The notes under the pieces: generated by a model
What the model was told of the DNA's origin: nothing
What the model saw: the letters and a program-made list of their open reading frames with translations, nothing else
Database searches by the model: none
Assembly (NCBI GenBank): GCA_028715345.1
Contig: JAQUSB010000003.1
Span: forward strand, 2,004-66,003
DNA: 64,000 nt
Origin: Candidatus Omnitrophota bacterium
GTDB lineage: Bacteria; Omnitrophota; Gorgyraeia; 2-01-FULL-45-10
Direction: 5' to 3'
Part shown: positions 27,581 through 38,009 of the stretch, in pieces
Layout: each line of letters begins with the position of its first letter
How positions within the stretch are numbered: the stretch's first letter is position 1
Position numbers and translations under genes: made by a program

Positions 27581-29860
27581 TTATTTTGACTTCGATTTAG
27601 CGAATCCTGCTCTTGTAAGCGCGTCTTTGACATACGCGTTCTTCATGAAATTTTTCCATATAAAACCGGTCCGGAAATTTTCTATCGGCAGTAATATCAT
27701 GGCTTCGCCTATCCCGTAATAAGTAGAAGCATACCAGTTGCGCTCCAAGTTAAGCGAATCCCTGAAACCGTACTGGCCCCACAGCCTGGGATAATTCATA
27801 TACATATATTTTAATGCCGAGAGAGACGGATACGGGGTGAAGACTATAGACCCGGCCGGCCCTGTGGGAGAAATGGTGGCGTCGTTCTCGGGTTCGCCGT
27901 TCCCTGTCGGCGGGACACCGAAATGCATCGTGTATCCCTGCGGCCGCGCCATCGAAGTTATGCCCCACATGTTCGGCCCGAAACCTTTGAACTTGTCGGC
28001 ATTATCTATGCAGAATTGCCTGTTCGCGATGGTCGCGTTCGTGGAATTTTCGAACCAGTTCACGCCCTGCTTATCGGCTATACCTCGAAAATCGAACCAT
28101 ATATTGGCGTATTGATAGGAAAAAAGGCTGCCGTGCCAGCTGTATATGAAAGGTTTGCCGCCTTTATAAGAATCCTTATTCCTGAGCCAGGCGTAAAACA
28201 CTTCCGGCGGCGCCGGATGCGTAGGCGAACCTATAGCTAAAAGTGTTATGAGTACGACTTCATCCGTATAATAATCCCAGTATGATTCAAGAAAACCGCG
28301 TTCGGGCGACCACCCCATCGAATAACAATTATACCAGCCGCCCTTTTCGGTACATAAGAACTTTTCCCATTCGACCCTTTTGTATATCTCTTCCGCTTTG
28401 GCCTTTACATCCTGCCCGAAATATTCCCCTGCGGTAAGTGCGCCTGCCACAAGTATGGCCGTGTCGACGGTGGATATCTCGCTCTTGCCCGCGCGTTTGG
28501 CGGTATGAGGGTTAAGAAAATGATAAAAGAACCCGTATCTTCCTTCCGCGATCGGCTCCATATCCGGGCCTCTCGGGAGAAATACATTCAGCGCAGTCAA
28601 TACGCGTATCCGCGCTTCCTTCTTATCTATCCATCCCCGTTCGGCGCCTATGCAGAGAGCCGCCATCCCGAAACCTGTCGCCGCTATGCTGGCGTCGCCG
28701 CCGCCTGACGTATCCGAAAATAAACCCGTCACCGGATTCTGGTGGTCTTTGAAGAAATCGAATGCCTTGCGCTCGACCAAGTTCAGGAATTCATCGTCCG
28801 TCATCGGCTTCACGCCGCAATCTATCAATACGCCTGTCGCCTTTTCGGCGCCTTTGATGTCCGAAGCGACAGCCCTTATCTGGTAGCTGCTTAGTCCTCT
28901 CGTATTATCCGGCTGCCACTCTACCTTATATACCTTTTTACCGGCGTCGTAATCATAACCTATGGTCTTCCAGTTTACGCCTTTGTCGGCGCTGTATTCG
29001 AATCTCACGCTCTCTATGAACGGGTTGGCGTCAACGTCTTCCGCTTTTATTGCCAGGGTAGTAGCGCCGGAAAAGGCCCTGCATTGCCTGGCGCTCGATC
29101 CGTTCACGGTGAAGGAAGACTCTGCGGGAGCTGCTATCTCTTTCGGCGAGGCCGACTCCAAAACGTCTATGGGCCTTGAGCCGATCAATATGTCATCTAT
29201 ATATACGGCGCCGGCCGTATTGCCGGCTTTGTTCTCTACGACGAATACGAGTTCCAGGATCTTTTTCCAGTCCGTTATCTTGGTAAAATATTTAAAAGGT
29301 ATTACTACCTTCTGCCATTCTTTAGTAATTGTGCCGTGCTTCAGAAATGCGTTCAGATAAACATAGCTTGTTATGTCTTTGCCGAATTCGAATATGCCGT
29401 TCGCGTCGATATCCTGGTGCAGTTCCATCTTTATATTGCCGCCTTCCTGGTCGCCTTTTATCCAGAAAGACAGGTAGTCGTACTTAGTAAGGTCGAGCGT
29501 CTCGGTAGCTTTGTCTTTGCCCGGGACCGTTTTACCGAGCTTCATCCAGTAGAAAGCGTATTCGCCGAGTTTTTCCACGTTATAGTCAAGCTGGACGGAA
29601 TAACCGCACGCCCCGCGCGTAAATTCTTCTTCCGGAACGGCAGTGGCGTATAGAACACCCGGCAGCTCTTCTTTACCGCCCGATATGCCGCCGAGAGAAT
29701 TCGTAAGCGTACCGTTATTGTAATCGGATAATATTATAGGAGGAATGAATTTCGATCTTGTGTTCCTGCCGGGTTCTCGCGCGAAAGCATCCGGTGCGGA
29801 TTGCAGGATGATGCCGATGGACGTAAGGACCGATATTATGGTTAATATTTTTTTTCTCAT
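27581..29860 (-). CDS. Secreted CBM-like domain plus GH144/DUF3131-like (alpha/alpha)6 hydrolase-like protein
   Basis: Likely start ATG 29858-29860 (MRKKILTIISVL... signal peptide). Catalytic-region motifs (GFFYHFLNP, SWHGSLFSYQY, YGFRDS, GWIDK) are shared with gene 38010. Confidence 0.45.
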   Translation of the reverse strand: MRKKILTIISVLTSIGIILQSAPDAFAREPGRNTRSKFIPPIILSDYNNGTLTNSLGGISGGKEELPGVLYATAVPEEEFTRGACGYSVQLDYNVEKLGEYAFYWMKLGKTVPGKDKATETLDLTKYDYLSFWIKGDQEGGNIKMELHQDIDANGIFEFGKDITSYVYLNAFLKHGTITKEWQKVVIPFKYFTKITDWKKILELVFVVENKAGNTAGAVYIDDILIGSRPIDVLESASPKEIAAPAESSFTVNGSSARQCRAFSGATTLAIKAEDVDANPFIESVRFEYSADKGVNWKTIGYDYDAGKKVYKVEWQPDNTRGLSSYQIRAVASDIKGAEKATGVLIDCGVKPMTDDEFLNLVERKAFDFFKDHQNPVTGLFSDTSGGGDASIAATGFGMAALCIGAERGWIDKKEARIRVLTALNVFLPRGPDMEPIAEGRYGFFYHFLNPHTAKRAGKSEISTVDTAILVAGALTAGEYFGQDVKAKAEEIYKRVEWEKFLCTEKGGWYNCYSMGWSPERGFLESYWDYYTDEVVLITLLAIGSPTHPAPPEVFYAWLRNKDSYKGGKPFIYSWHGSLFSYQYANIWFDFRGIADKQGVNWFENSTNATIANRQFCIDNADKFKGFGPNMWGITSMARPQGYTMHFGVPPTGNGEPENDATISPTGPAGSIVFTPYPSLSALKYMYMNYPRLWGQYGFRDSLNLERNWYASTYYGIGEAMILLPIENFRTGFIWKNFMKNAYVKDALTRAGFAKSKSK

Positions 29861-29890
29861 GATATTTATGGAGGCTGTGTTTAATTTGGG

Positions 29891-29916
29891 GTAGGGCACC
29901 CTTAAGGGTGCCCTAC
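29891..29916. repeat. 26-nt perfect palindrome, copy 2: gtagggcaccc-ttaa-gggtgccctac
   Basis: Same core CACCCTTAAGGGTG, with a compensatory T/A to G/C change in the outer stem. Lies between the 29942 gene stop and the 27581 gene start. Confidence 0.6.
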
Positions 29917-29941
29917 CTTGCTCGTGAAAGCTTACTTCTTA

Positions 29942-30559
29942 TTACTTGTTCTTCGTGAACCTTAGATCGTCGAGGTAGATCACGCCCTTCTTATTGGACG
30001 CTATCCTGTCTTCGAATACGATGACGAATTCGGTAAGGTTCGAGTAATCCGTAATTCCTTTAAAGTCTTTAAGAGGAATTACCACATCCTGCCACTGGTC
30101 CGTTATGTTTGTGACATAATAACGGCCGACCTGCTTCGATGCATTCTTCAATTCGACTTTGAATACGGTCGTGTAGCCGATCTTCGCATCGCCCTTTACC
30201 CTGAACGCGACATTGTCATACTTGGAAGCATCCAGGTTCTGGAGGAACATCCAGAATCCGTTATAAGCCGGGTTCTTGGATTCGACGCTGTACTCCAACT
30301 TCATACCGAAACCTTTTGTGCCGTACCTGTTCACGCTGTCAAAAGCTTCCGTGCAGCCCTGCGAAAAATCTGTTGGATCTTTGGACCACGCTCCGAAGTC
30401 GCCGCCTATATTATTCGGCTTCTCCCCGGAATCGAAATCGGCCACCAAAAGCTCACTCCCCGAAGCAGCGGGAGCTTTTTCAGCAGCGAAAGCTGCGGGC
30501 ACTGCAAGCGCGCAAACAAAAGCCGCCAGCATCACCATATATACAAGCTTTTTTACCAT
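29942..30559 (-). CDS. Secreted single-domain CBM-like protein (paralog family)
   Basis: Start at ATG 30557-30559, preceded by AGAAAGGGGGAGGTT (strong Shine-Dalgarno). Signal peptide, then a domain aligning with the N-terminus of 17407 (ADFD...G..G.W...LEY.V......NGFW..L...DASKYD...F.VKGDAK). Confidence 0.5.
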   Translation of the reverse strand: MVKKLVYMVMLAAFVCALAVPAAFAAEKAPAASGSELLVADFDSGEKPNNIGGDFGAWSKDPTDFSQGCTEAFDSVNRYGTKGFGMKLEYSVESKNPAYNGFWMFLQNLDASKYDNVAFRVKGDAKIGYTTVFKVELKNASKQVGRYYVTNITDQWQDVVIPLKDFKGITDYSNLTEFVIVFEDRIASNKKGVIYLDDLRFTKNK

Positions 30560-30633
30560 AACCTCCCCCTTTCTTTTGGTTAAAGTATACACAGGGGGGC
30601 ATTAAATACCGGTTAAAGGAATATTAAAAGATT

Positions 30634-32109
30634 CTAATGTAGAGGCAGGGTTATTACGAAGGAAGTGCCCGTCCCGTGGCTCGATGTTACCTTAATAGAG
30701 CCATTATGAGCGTCCACTATGGCCTTTACTATGCTGAGGCCCAATCCGAAGCCGTAACTTTTCCTCGTCCCATGGACACGGTAAAACCTGTCGAATATAT
30801 GCTCTATTTCATCTTGCGGTATACCGACACCGCTGTCTTTAATGACAATGGTGGCATTATTATTATCTTTTTCCACACTTATATTTATCCGGCCGCCCTC
30901 ACCTGTATATTTAACCGCATTATCAAGGATATTGAGGAAGAGCTGCCTTAGCTCTTTTTCATCCCCTATCACTTCCACGTATTTTTTGACTTCAAGGCTT
31001 ATGCGGACATTCTTCCTTTCCGCTACTTTTTTCATATTGGTGGTGACGCTTTCTATCAACAGGCTCAGGTCGAGCATCTTTCTTTCCGGCATTATCCTTT
31101 TGGATTCGAAACTGGCAAGCATCAGCAGGTTCTCCACCAGCCTCGTCATCTTATCTATCTCTTCAAGCGAAGATCTCAATATGGCTTCGTACTCTTCCGC
31201 TGAACGCATCTTCTTAAGGACAACTTCGAATTCGCCTTTCAATATAGTGAGCGGTGTCTTAAGTTCGTGCGACAGGTCTTCGAAGAGGTGCCTCTGGGAA
31301 GTGAAAGCGTACTCGAGCCGGGCCAACATATCATTGAACGTTTCGGCAAGTTTCTGTATTTCATCTTTAGTATTCGGGATATTCAGCTTCATCTTCATAT
31401 TTTCTACGGTTATATCATGGATGGTCCGTATCATATTATTTACCGGCTGCAAAGTCATCTTTGCCAGGAAAGCGCCCATGACGCCTGTTATCAGGACGGT
31501 GATCGGGAAAAGTATAAATAGCGTCAGCTTAAGGCTGTTAAGGGCATTGGTTATCGAATCGATCGGCGTGCCTACCTGGACGATATACTCTACCCTGTCG
31601 TTCTGGACGGCGGGAGTAATAAAGACCCGGAATAGCTGCACTTTTTTCGTAGGGTAGGATGACGTCAGGGTATCGAATGTGCTCCTGCCTTGCAGGGCGG
31701 CGAACAGGGTCTGTTCCGATACGCTGGTAATGCCTTGAGTATTTTTTGAGGATGCGACTATCTCGCCTGTGGCGTCGAATATCTGCACTATGAGGTTGAG
31801 GAGTTTAGGGTCTTTGGACCTTGCCTCTACCCATCGCTGGGCCACTGTGGCAAAATTCAGCTGATCATTCCCTGCCATCACCTGATCGCCTGTATCATAA
31901 TAACGCATGGTCCCGAGCCTCTCGGTGACCCAATATGTGCTCATAGCCGAAACTATGCCTTCCGCGCGCGAGCGGAGGAGGGTATCCATATTCTCGTAAA
32001 GGGATTTCGAGACCTGATGATATAGGACGACGCTGAACGCGGAGAGCGTCAGGGCCAATATGGCCATGTAGACTATGCTTATCTTGAAACGGATCGATTT
32101 GTAGAACAT
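30634..32109 (-). CDS. Sensor histidine kinase (HAMP, HisKA, HATPase_c)
   Basis: N-terminal transmembrane helix plus sensor domain. H-box FEDLSHELKTPL. N, G1 and G2 boxes in the C-terminus. Confidence 0.75.
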   Translation of the reverse strand: MFYKSIRFKISIVYMAILALTLSAFSVVLYHQVSKSLYENMDTLLRSRAEGIVSAMSTYWVTERLGTMRYYDTGDQVMAGNDQLNFATVAQRWVEARSKDPKLLNLIVQIFDATGEIVASSKNTQGITSVSEQTLFAALQGRSTFDTLTSSYPTKKVQLFRVFITPAVQNDRVEYIVQVGTPIDSITNALNSLKLTLFILFPITVLITGVMGAFLAKMTLQPVNNMIRTIHDITVENMKMKLNIPNTKDEIQKLAETFNDMLARLEYAFTSQRHLFEDLSHELKTPLTILKGEFEVVLKKMRSAEEYEAILRSSLEEIDKMTRLVENLLMLASFESKRIMPERKMLDLSLLIESVTTNMKKVAERKNVRISLEVKKYVEVIGDEKELRQLFLNILDNAVKYTGEGGRINISVEKDNNNATIVIKDSGVGIPQDEIEHIFDRFYRVHGTRKSYGFGLGLSIVKAIVDAHNGSIKVTSSHGTGTSFVITLPLH

Positions 32110-32110
32110 T

Positions 32111-32782
32111 TTATTCTTTCAGTATATATCCCCTGCCGCGCACCGTCTGTATCAGTTTTTTCTTTGAGTCCGGGTCTATTTTATTGCGCAGGTAATTTAT
32201 ATAAACATCTATCACGTTAGTGAACGTGTCGAAGTCTATATCCCATACATGCTCGGATATCATGGTACGGGTCACGACCTTGCCGGCGTTGCGCATGAGA
32301 TATTCCAGAAGCGCGAACTCTTTCGCCGTAAGTTCTATATCTTTCCCCGCCCGGGTGACTTTATGCGTATTCAGGTCTATTACGAGGTCGCCGACCTGCA
32401 GTTTCGACGCCTGCGCCTGTTCGCTCTTTTTCCTGAGCATAGCGCGCACTCTCGCCAATAGCTCTTCGAAAGCGAACGGCTTGGTGAGATAATCGTCCGC
32501 TCCGGCGTCGAGGCCTGTGACCTTATCTTTGACGGCGTCTTTTGCGGTAAGCATTATTATGGGCATGAGTACTTTATCGGCGCGCAGTTTTTTGCATACG
32601 GTTATACCGTCAAGCTTGGGCAGCATCAGGTCGAGCAGGACGAGGTCGTAATCGTTCGTTTTGGCCAAAAACAGGCCGTTCTCGCCGTCATTAGCGATGT
32701 CGACCGCGTAGCCCTCTTCTTTAAGGCCCCGCTTTATAAAATCCGCGATCTTCTTCTCGTCTTCCACTACCAGTATGCGCAT
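32111..32782 (-). CDS. OmpR-family response regulator
   Basis: REC domain (MRILVVEDE...DLVLLDLMLP) plus winged-helix DNA-binding C-terminus. Confidence 0.8.
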   Translation of the reverse strand: MRILVVEDEKKIADFIKRGLKEEGYAVDIANDGENGLFLAKTNDYDLVLLDLMLPKLDGITVCKKLRADKVLMPIIMLTAKDAVKDKVTGLDAGADDYLTKPFAFEELLARVRAMLRKKSEQAQASKLQVGDLVIDLNTHKVTRAGKDIELTAKEFALLEYLMRNAGKVVTRTMISEHVWDIDFDTFTNVIDVYINYLRNKIDPDSKKKLIQTVRGRGYILKE

Positions 32783-32789
32783 AACGCTT

Positions 32790-35162
32790 TTACCCCATTA
32801 TCACTTTTACGTCGTGGGACCTGTTGTCGGACATATCTTTTACGATATTAGAACTTATTTTTTTGCCGTCAACGTGAATCTCCCTTACCCCTTTTGATAT
32901 ATGGCGCGGGTTCTTTACCTCTATATTATACACCGCGTTACCGTACCTGCGCTTCATTTTAAACCCGCTCCACTTAGAAGGTATGCAGGGGTCTATCAAT
33001 AACCCGTCGTAAGTAGGCCGCACGCCCAGGATCCAATTGGTCGATACCCTGTAAAGCCATCCCCCGGAGCCCGAATACCACGTCCACCCGCCCGCTCCGT
33101 AATCGGCCGCCTGCGGGCCGTTGGTATTGCCGGGGGTCACGTACGGCTCACATTTATAAAGATCCGGTTCCATCCCGCGCTTCACCGGACAGAAACTCGA
33201 ATACATCTTGTATGCCTTGTCGCCGCGGCCGAGATAACATTCCGCCAATACCGCCCAGCACGCCGCGTGCGTGTAGACCGCGCCGTTCTCCCTCACGCCG
33301 GGCGCGTAACGCGTGATGTAGCCGATGTGCTCGTCCGGCACCGTAAACCCGGGAGCTATCAGAAGCGGCCCGTAATCTTTCTGCAAATATTTCCACACCG
33401 ATTCCATCGACTTTATTTTGCGCTCTTCGGTCGAAACATCGTTGAAGACGCCCCAGGTCTGCGTCATAAGATAGATCTTACCCTCTTTACACTTACGGCT
33501 TCCCACGATCTTCCCGTCGTCCCTGGTCGCCGCGAAATACCACTCCCCGTCCCAGCAATATTTATTTACCGCTATCCTGAGCTTTTTGGCGCGGGCGATG
33601 TAATCCTTCGCCCTCTTCTTGTCATGCTTCCTGCCGGCGATCTCCGCGAACCTTAAGAGTATGTCATAAAGGAACTGCCCAAGCCATGTGCTCTCGCCCT
33701 TCCAGCCTGTACCGATGAGATTAAACCCGTCGTTCCAGTCGCCGGCCCCTATCAAAGGAAGGCCGCGCTTCGAGAACCGGGAGAGGACCTTATCTATCGC
33801 TTTACAGCAATGCCGGTAAAGCGGCTCTGCCGGGCCGTCGACATACGGCACTTTCGTATCGAGGACCTTGAAATCTTTCGTCTCTTCGAGATAATTTAAT
33901 AATATATAAACCATCCAGAGCATATTGTCCGTCATATCGGTGATGGCGCCAATCCGGGTAAGCTGGTGCCACCAGTGGTGGACAATGCCGTCTTTGAGCT
34001 GGTGCTCCGCATGCATCAGTATCTGCTTTTTACAGAGCTCCGGCTTCAGCGGCAGGAATACCTGGGAATCCTGGAGCTGGTCCCTGAAACCGTACCCGCC
34101 CGAGAACTGATAGTAAGCCGTCTTCGCCCAGAGCCTGCCTGCTATCGTCTGGTATTTGAGCCATCTGTTCGTAAGTATGTCGAATGCCTCGTCCGGGGTC
34201 TTTACCTCGAGCGGCGCAAGAAGGTCGTCCCAAAATTTTTTCGTCTTCGCGAGTGCCTTATCGGCCTCTTTTACACTGTGATATTTTTTAATAAGCTTTT
34301 TAGCCTGGCCCTCATCCGCCATGTGGCCTATCGTGTAAATGATGACTTTACTTTCGCCGGGCTTCAGGTCTATATTCACCCGGAAGCTCGATATCGGGTC
34401 GTACCATTCTCCGGCGCTATTCGTCAAAGCGTCATTATCCATCGCGGCGGGATTTGCAATGCTCCGATACATCCCGAAAAATCTTTCTTTATCACCCTCG
34501 TATGAGGCGCATCTTTCGCTTATGCTCGAAAAACCCGCGATCGGGTGCTCCGTCATGCCGGTAGATATGTATTTGGGAACGAGATGTTCCTTCTTTTTAC
34601 CGAATAACGCGTTCAGGTCCTTGTCGAACCGCGTGGTTATGAAAGTCTTCTGGAATTCGCGGTGCGTGTCATCGGAATTGCCCAGGCACCATTCGAAATA
34701 TGTCGTGAGATCGAGGCGCCTCTTTTTGGTATCCTCGTTCTTTATCGTTATCTTCCATATCTCGAGGTTTTCGTCCGGCGGTATGAATACGGCGGCTGAA
34801 GACCTTATGCCGTTTATTTTCGAAGTGATGATCGTATATCCGGCGCCGTTGCGGACCTCATATAGATCGAATTTCGGGCAGAGCGGCTTCCAGGCAAGCG
34901 ACCATACTTTTTTCGTATCGCGGTCCCTTATGAATATATATTTGCCCATATCATCGCGTATAAGGTCCTGGAGCCAGCGCGTAATCCTTGCTACGGCGGA
35001 ATTTTTCCACCAGCTGTATCCCGATCCCGCCTGTGATATTATCGCTCCGTATTCGCCGTTCGACATTATATTGATCCACGGCCTGGGCGTGTCGGGGCGC
35101 GTTATGACGAATTCTTTCCCGTCATCCGTGAAATACCCGTATTTGGTCTTGAATTTACTCAT
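32790..35162 (-). CDS. Cytoplasmic GH94 glycoside phosphorylase (cellobiose/chitobiose/1,2-beta-oligoglucan phosphorylase family)
   Basis: 790 aa with no signal peptide. YQFSGGYGFRDQLQDS and GAGDWNDG motifs. Confidence 0.75.
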   Translation of the reverse strand: MSKFKTKYGYFTDDGKEFVITRPDTPRPWINIMSNGEYGAIISQAGSGYSWWKNSAVARITRWLQDLIRDDMGKYIFIRDRDTKKVWSLAWKPLCPKFDLYEVRNGAGYTIITSKINGIRSSAAVFIPPDENLEIWKITIKNEDTKKRRLDLTTYFEWCLGNSDDTHREFQKTFITTRFDKDLNALFGKKKEHLVPKYISTGMTEHPIAGFSSISERCASYEGDKERFFGMYRSIANPAAMDNDALTNSAGEWYDPISSFRVNIDLKPGESKVIIYTIGHMADEGQAKKLIKKYHSVKEADKALAKTKKFWDDLLAPLEVKTPDEAFDILTNRWLKYQTIAGRLWAKTAYYQFSGGYGFRDQLQDSQVFLPLKPELCKKQILMHAEHQLKDGIVHHWWHQLTRIGAITDMTDNMLWMVYILLNYLEETKDFKVLDTKVPYVDGPAEPLYRHCCKAIDKVLSRFSKRGLPLIGAGDWNDGFNLIGTGWKGESTWLGQFLYDILLRFAEIAGRKHDKKRAKDYIARAKKLRIAVNKYCWDGEWYFAATRDDGKIVGSRKCKEGKIYLMTQTWGVFNDVSTEERKIKSMESVWKYLQKDYGPLLIAPGFTVPDEHIGYITRYAPGVRENGAVYTHAACWAVLAECYLGRGDKAYKMYSSFCPVKRGMEPDLYKCEPYVTPGNTNGPQAADYGAGGWTWYSGSGGWLYRVSTNWILGVRPTYDGLLIDPCIPSKWSGFKMKRRYGNAVYNIEVKNPRHISKGVREIHVDGKKISSNIVKDMSDNRSHDVKVIMG

Positions 35163-36478
35163 CTGTATCCCGCAGACTTATCTTTAAGCAATGCGTTTAC
35201 TTTGTTCATAAAACTCTTTACCGCATCCTGCACCGTCTTCTTGCCGCCGAATACAAGGTCGAGTTCCGGGAGTATATACATCTCCTTTGCTTCGCGCCAC
35301 GCCGGGTGGAACGGTTCATAGATAACGTACTTCATGGCGTCATTCAGCATCTTCTTATTTTTCGGGGGAAGGTCGCCGCCTATCCAGTGCGGCCCATTGG
35401 CTATCTCTATTATCGCCGGCTGGGCAAGCCCGGTATCGGCGAGCATCGCCTGGGCATCCTTACACGTCAGCGCTTTCACCACCTGGTAAGCTTCCTTCGG
35501 ATGGGCGGTGCCCTTCAATATGCAGTAGCCGGACCCGCCCGTCCCGAAAGCCCGGATACCTCTGGGCCCTTTAGGGAACATCGCGACGTCCCAGTCGAAT
35601 CCCTGGACCTTCCTCAAACCCGGCGTTTCCCATATCCCGGAAGCGAACATCGCGAGGCGGCCCGTAGCGAACATGCCCTGCACGCCCATCGCCAGGTCCG
35701 TCATAGTTATCGAGGACGGGTGGACCTTGTATTTATTTATAAGGTCCGAATAGAACTGCAGGCCGGCGATAGATTCTTTCGAATCGAGCGTGCATTTGGC
35801 CGGGTCTTTGACCTTATCGACAAGGCTCCCGCCGAATGAATAAACGAAATTCTGCCACGCCCACGCGTAAAACCCGTATTGGACCACCCTGCCGTCGGGA
35901 TCGAGCTTCGTCAGCTTCTTCGCTTTGTCCAGCATATCATTCATATCCCAATCATCCTTAGGATACGGGACGCCGGCCGCATCGAACAGTTTTTTATTAT
36001 AATAAACGCAGGCGAACGGCGCGGTGTCTCTCGGGATCGAGTAAAGCTTACCATCAACGGTGAATCTGCCGATTATCTCGGGATAAAAAGCTTTTATGTC
36101 GAAGTCGGGGTCGTCTTTTATGTAAGGATTGAGGTCCAGGAGGACGCCTTTAGTCTGGAACGTGACGAAGAGGTCGACTTCCGTGCAGATGATATCGGGC
36201 GCGGCCCTGCCCGCGATCCTCGTCAATAATTTATCGACGTAACCGCGATACGGCGTATGTTCGAGCCTTACCAGTATCTCGGGGTGTCTGGCCTGCCACC
36301 CGGCTATCAGATTCTCCATGATGTTAACTTCATCGGGGGCGCCCCAGAATGCCACTCTTATTTCTACGGGTTTGGAAGCGTCGGATACTTTTTTAGAGCA
36401 GCCTGTTACGGAAAACGAAAAGAACGCCGCGAGGACTAAAGACAATAATATCACGCGTCTCTGTTTCACCTTTGCCAT
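35159..36478 (-). CDS. ABC transporter extracellular solute-binding lipoprotein (family 1, sugar-type)
   Basis: 439 aa. Lipoprotein signal with lipobox VTGC. Overlaps the GH94 gene stop by 4 nt. Confidence 0.65.
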   Translation of the reverse strand: MAKVKQRRVILLSLVLAAFFSFSVTGCSKKVSDASKPVEIRVAFWGAPDEVNIMENLIAGWQARHPEILVRLEHTPYRGYVDKLLTRIAGRAAPDIICTEVDLFVTFQTKGVLLDLNPYIKDDPDFDIKAFYPEIIGRFTVDGKLYSIPRDTAPFACVYYNKKLFDAAGVPYPKDDWDMNDMLDKAKKLTKLDPDGRVVQYGFYAWAWQNFVYSFGGSLVDKVKDPAKCTLDSKESIAGLQFYSDLINKYKVHPSSITMTDLAMGVQGMFATGRLAMFASGIWETPGLRKVQGFDWDVAMFPKGPRGIRAFGTGGSGYCILKGTAHPKEAYQVVKALTCKDAQAMLADTGLAQPAIIEIANGPHWIGGDLPPKNKKMLNDAMKYVIYEPFHPAWREAKEMYILPELDLVFGGKKTVQDAVKSFMNKVNALLKDKSAGYR

Positions 36479-36519
36479 TCCTTTCGCTTAAGGATTGCGG
36501 GTATTTAGGCAAGAAATCG

Positions 36520-37881
36520 TTACATGAACAGATAGAATTTGAAATAGACCGAGGACATATAGTCTTCTATGTTATAGTAGTAATTACCTCTATAACCGAC
36601 GTCGACCCTGATAAGGCCGGGCGCGTAATATTCCAGGCCTGTCAGGAAGGCCGTATTATCGAAATCGGACATATTCGTGCCGCATGAAAGGTCGAGGCCT
36701 GTCTGGAACCAGAGCTTATCGTAAAATTTATACTGCAGCCTTGTTTCCACACCCACCCACCCTGCGCTGTCGTTAACGGTATTTTTTTGGTTAGGATCGT
36801 ATGAAGGGGCAGTATTATCCCATTCGTCCCTGAAGTCGAGCACATCCCTGAAAGTGATAGTGCCGTTAAGTTTTGTGGTAAAGTCGTGGCCTATCCTTAT
36901 CTGCATCTCGTATTTGCTGAATTCGTTCCTAAAAGGCATGTAACAATCCAATGAATAGCTGATCCTGGGAATGACGCTTGTTTTAAGATCTCTCGATTTC
37001 ATCCTCAATTCCGCGGCGTAGAAATAATGGTCGGGGTTATATGTAAAGCTGGATTTGGGACGTTTGCTTTTAAAGTATTCGAATTGACCGAACCATTCGC
37101 ACCTTTCACTCGGAGCAAGCGAAAAATATGTAAAATAGGTATGCCTTGTCTCATAGTACGCGTTAGTGGACCCGTCGTTCTTGGCATTCATCGTAGAATA
37201 TCTGTACCCGATGTTTATAGTCTCGAACCAGTCTATACCGGGTATCTTTTTGGAATGCATAAGGAGTATCTCATTCTGGTCCCATTGTTCGTGCTTATAG
37301 TTGACGTTCCTGTTAGGCTCTTCTAAATATATAGGAAATTGATTCTGATATATGTCGCGGTAATCGTGAGTATATCGTATCTGTCCCTCTTTGTTCTTGG
37401 GGTCGCTCATGGTCACTTCTGTGCCGTATGCCCTTGTAAAGATAGGTTTAAGCTGGCTTCTATAGTCAGCTGCGTTATTCCAGGGCTGGTTATTATGCAG
37501 CCAGCGTATCTTTTTGGCGTCCATTATATAAGCGTCGATAGGCCTTGCTTCCTGATATATCTCCACTCTTTGCGCTATGGTAAAATATTTGGCAAGCCTC
37601 AAACCCTCGAAAGTCTCATAATAAGGGGCGGAACCTATCCTGTTTATATCTATCTTTTTCAGGATCGGCTCGGGTTCCGGGATAATTTTTCTCTCTACGC
37701 CTTTTGAAGTTATCTCTATGCCTTCGGCGGCAGGCTGTCCCAGTTCGGAAGTAGTATAGCCGGTGTTTACGGGCTTTGCGGCAGCGGTTTTATCATCGGC
37801 GGAAAAAGCGGGGCCCGCAAAAAAAGAAGCGCAGAATATCACGCTCACGGCCAAAGCGACTGCAAAGTTATCTCTGTTCAC
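36520..37881 (-). CDS. Putative outer-membrane beta-barrel protein
   Basis: 453 aa with signal peptide. Alternating Y/F-rich amphipathic strands. C-terminus is aromatic-rich (YFKFYLFM). Confidence 0.3.
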   Translation of the reverse strand: MNRDNFAVALAVSVIFCASFFAGPAFSADDKTAAAKPVNTGYTTSELGQPAAEGIEITSKGVERKIIPEPEPILKKIDINRIGSAPYYETFEGLRLAKYFTIAQRVEIYQEARPIDAYIMDAKKIRWLHNNQPWNNAADYRSQLKPIFTRAYGTEVTMSDPKNKEGQIRYTHDYRDIYQNQFPIYLEEPNRNVNYKHEQWDQNEILLMHSKKIPGIDWFETINIGYRYSTMNAKNDGSTNAYYETRHTYFTYFSLAPSERCEWFGQFEYFKSKRPKSSFTYNPDHYFYAAELRMKSRDLKTSVIPRISYSLDCYMPFRNEFSKYEMQIRIGHDFTTKLNGTITFRDVLDFRDEWDNTAPSYDPNQKNTVNDSAGWVGVETRLQYKFYDKLWFQTGLDLSCGTNMSDFDNTAFLTGLEYYAPGLIRVDVGYRGNYYYNIEDYMSSVYFKFYLFM

Positions 37882-38009
37882 AGATCAGCCTTTCATTTGG
37901 TTAGCATTTGATAGTTTTTAATAATATTAGCATATTATAATCTTTTGTCAAGCTCAAGTTGATAGCCGTATAAATCGGCGGATTTTTGTTTACCCGGATT
38001 GCGACAGCT

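Noticed and set aside
29860-29899. The upstream start (29899) for the 772-aa gene.
   Set aside because: The 13 extra residues precede a canonical MRKK-hydrophobic signal peptide and would begin inside the palindromic element. The internal ATG at 29860 is preferred, though neither start has a Shine-Dalgarno sequence.
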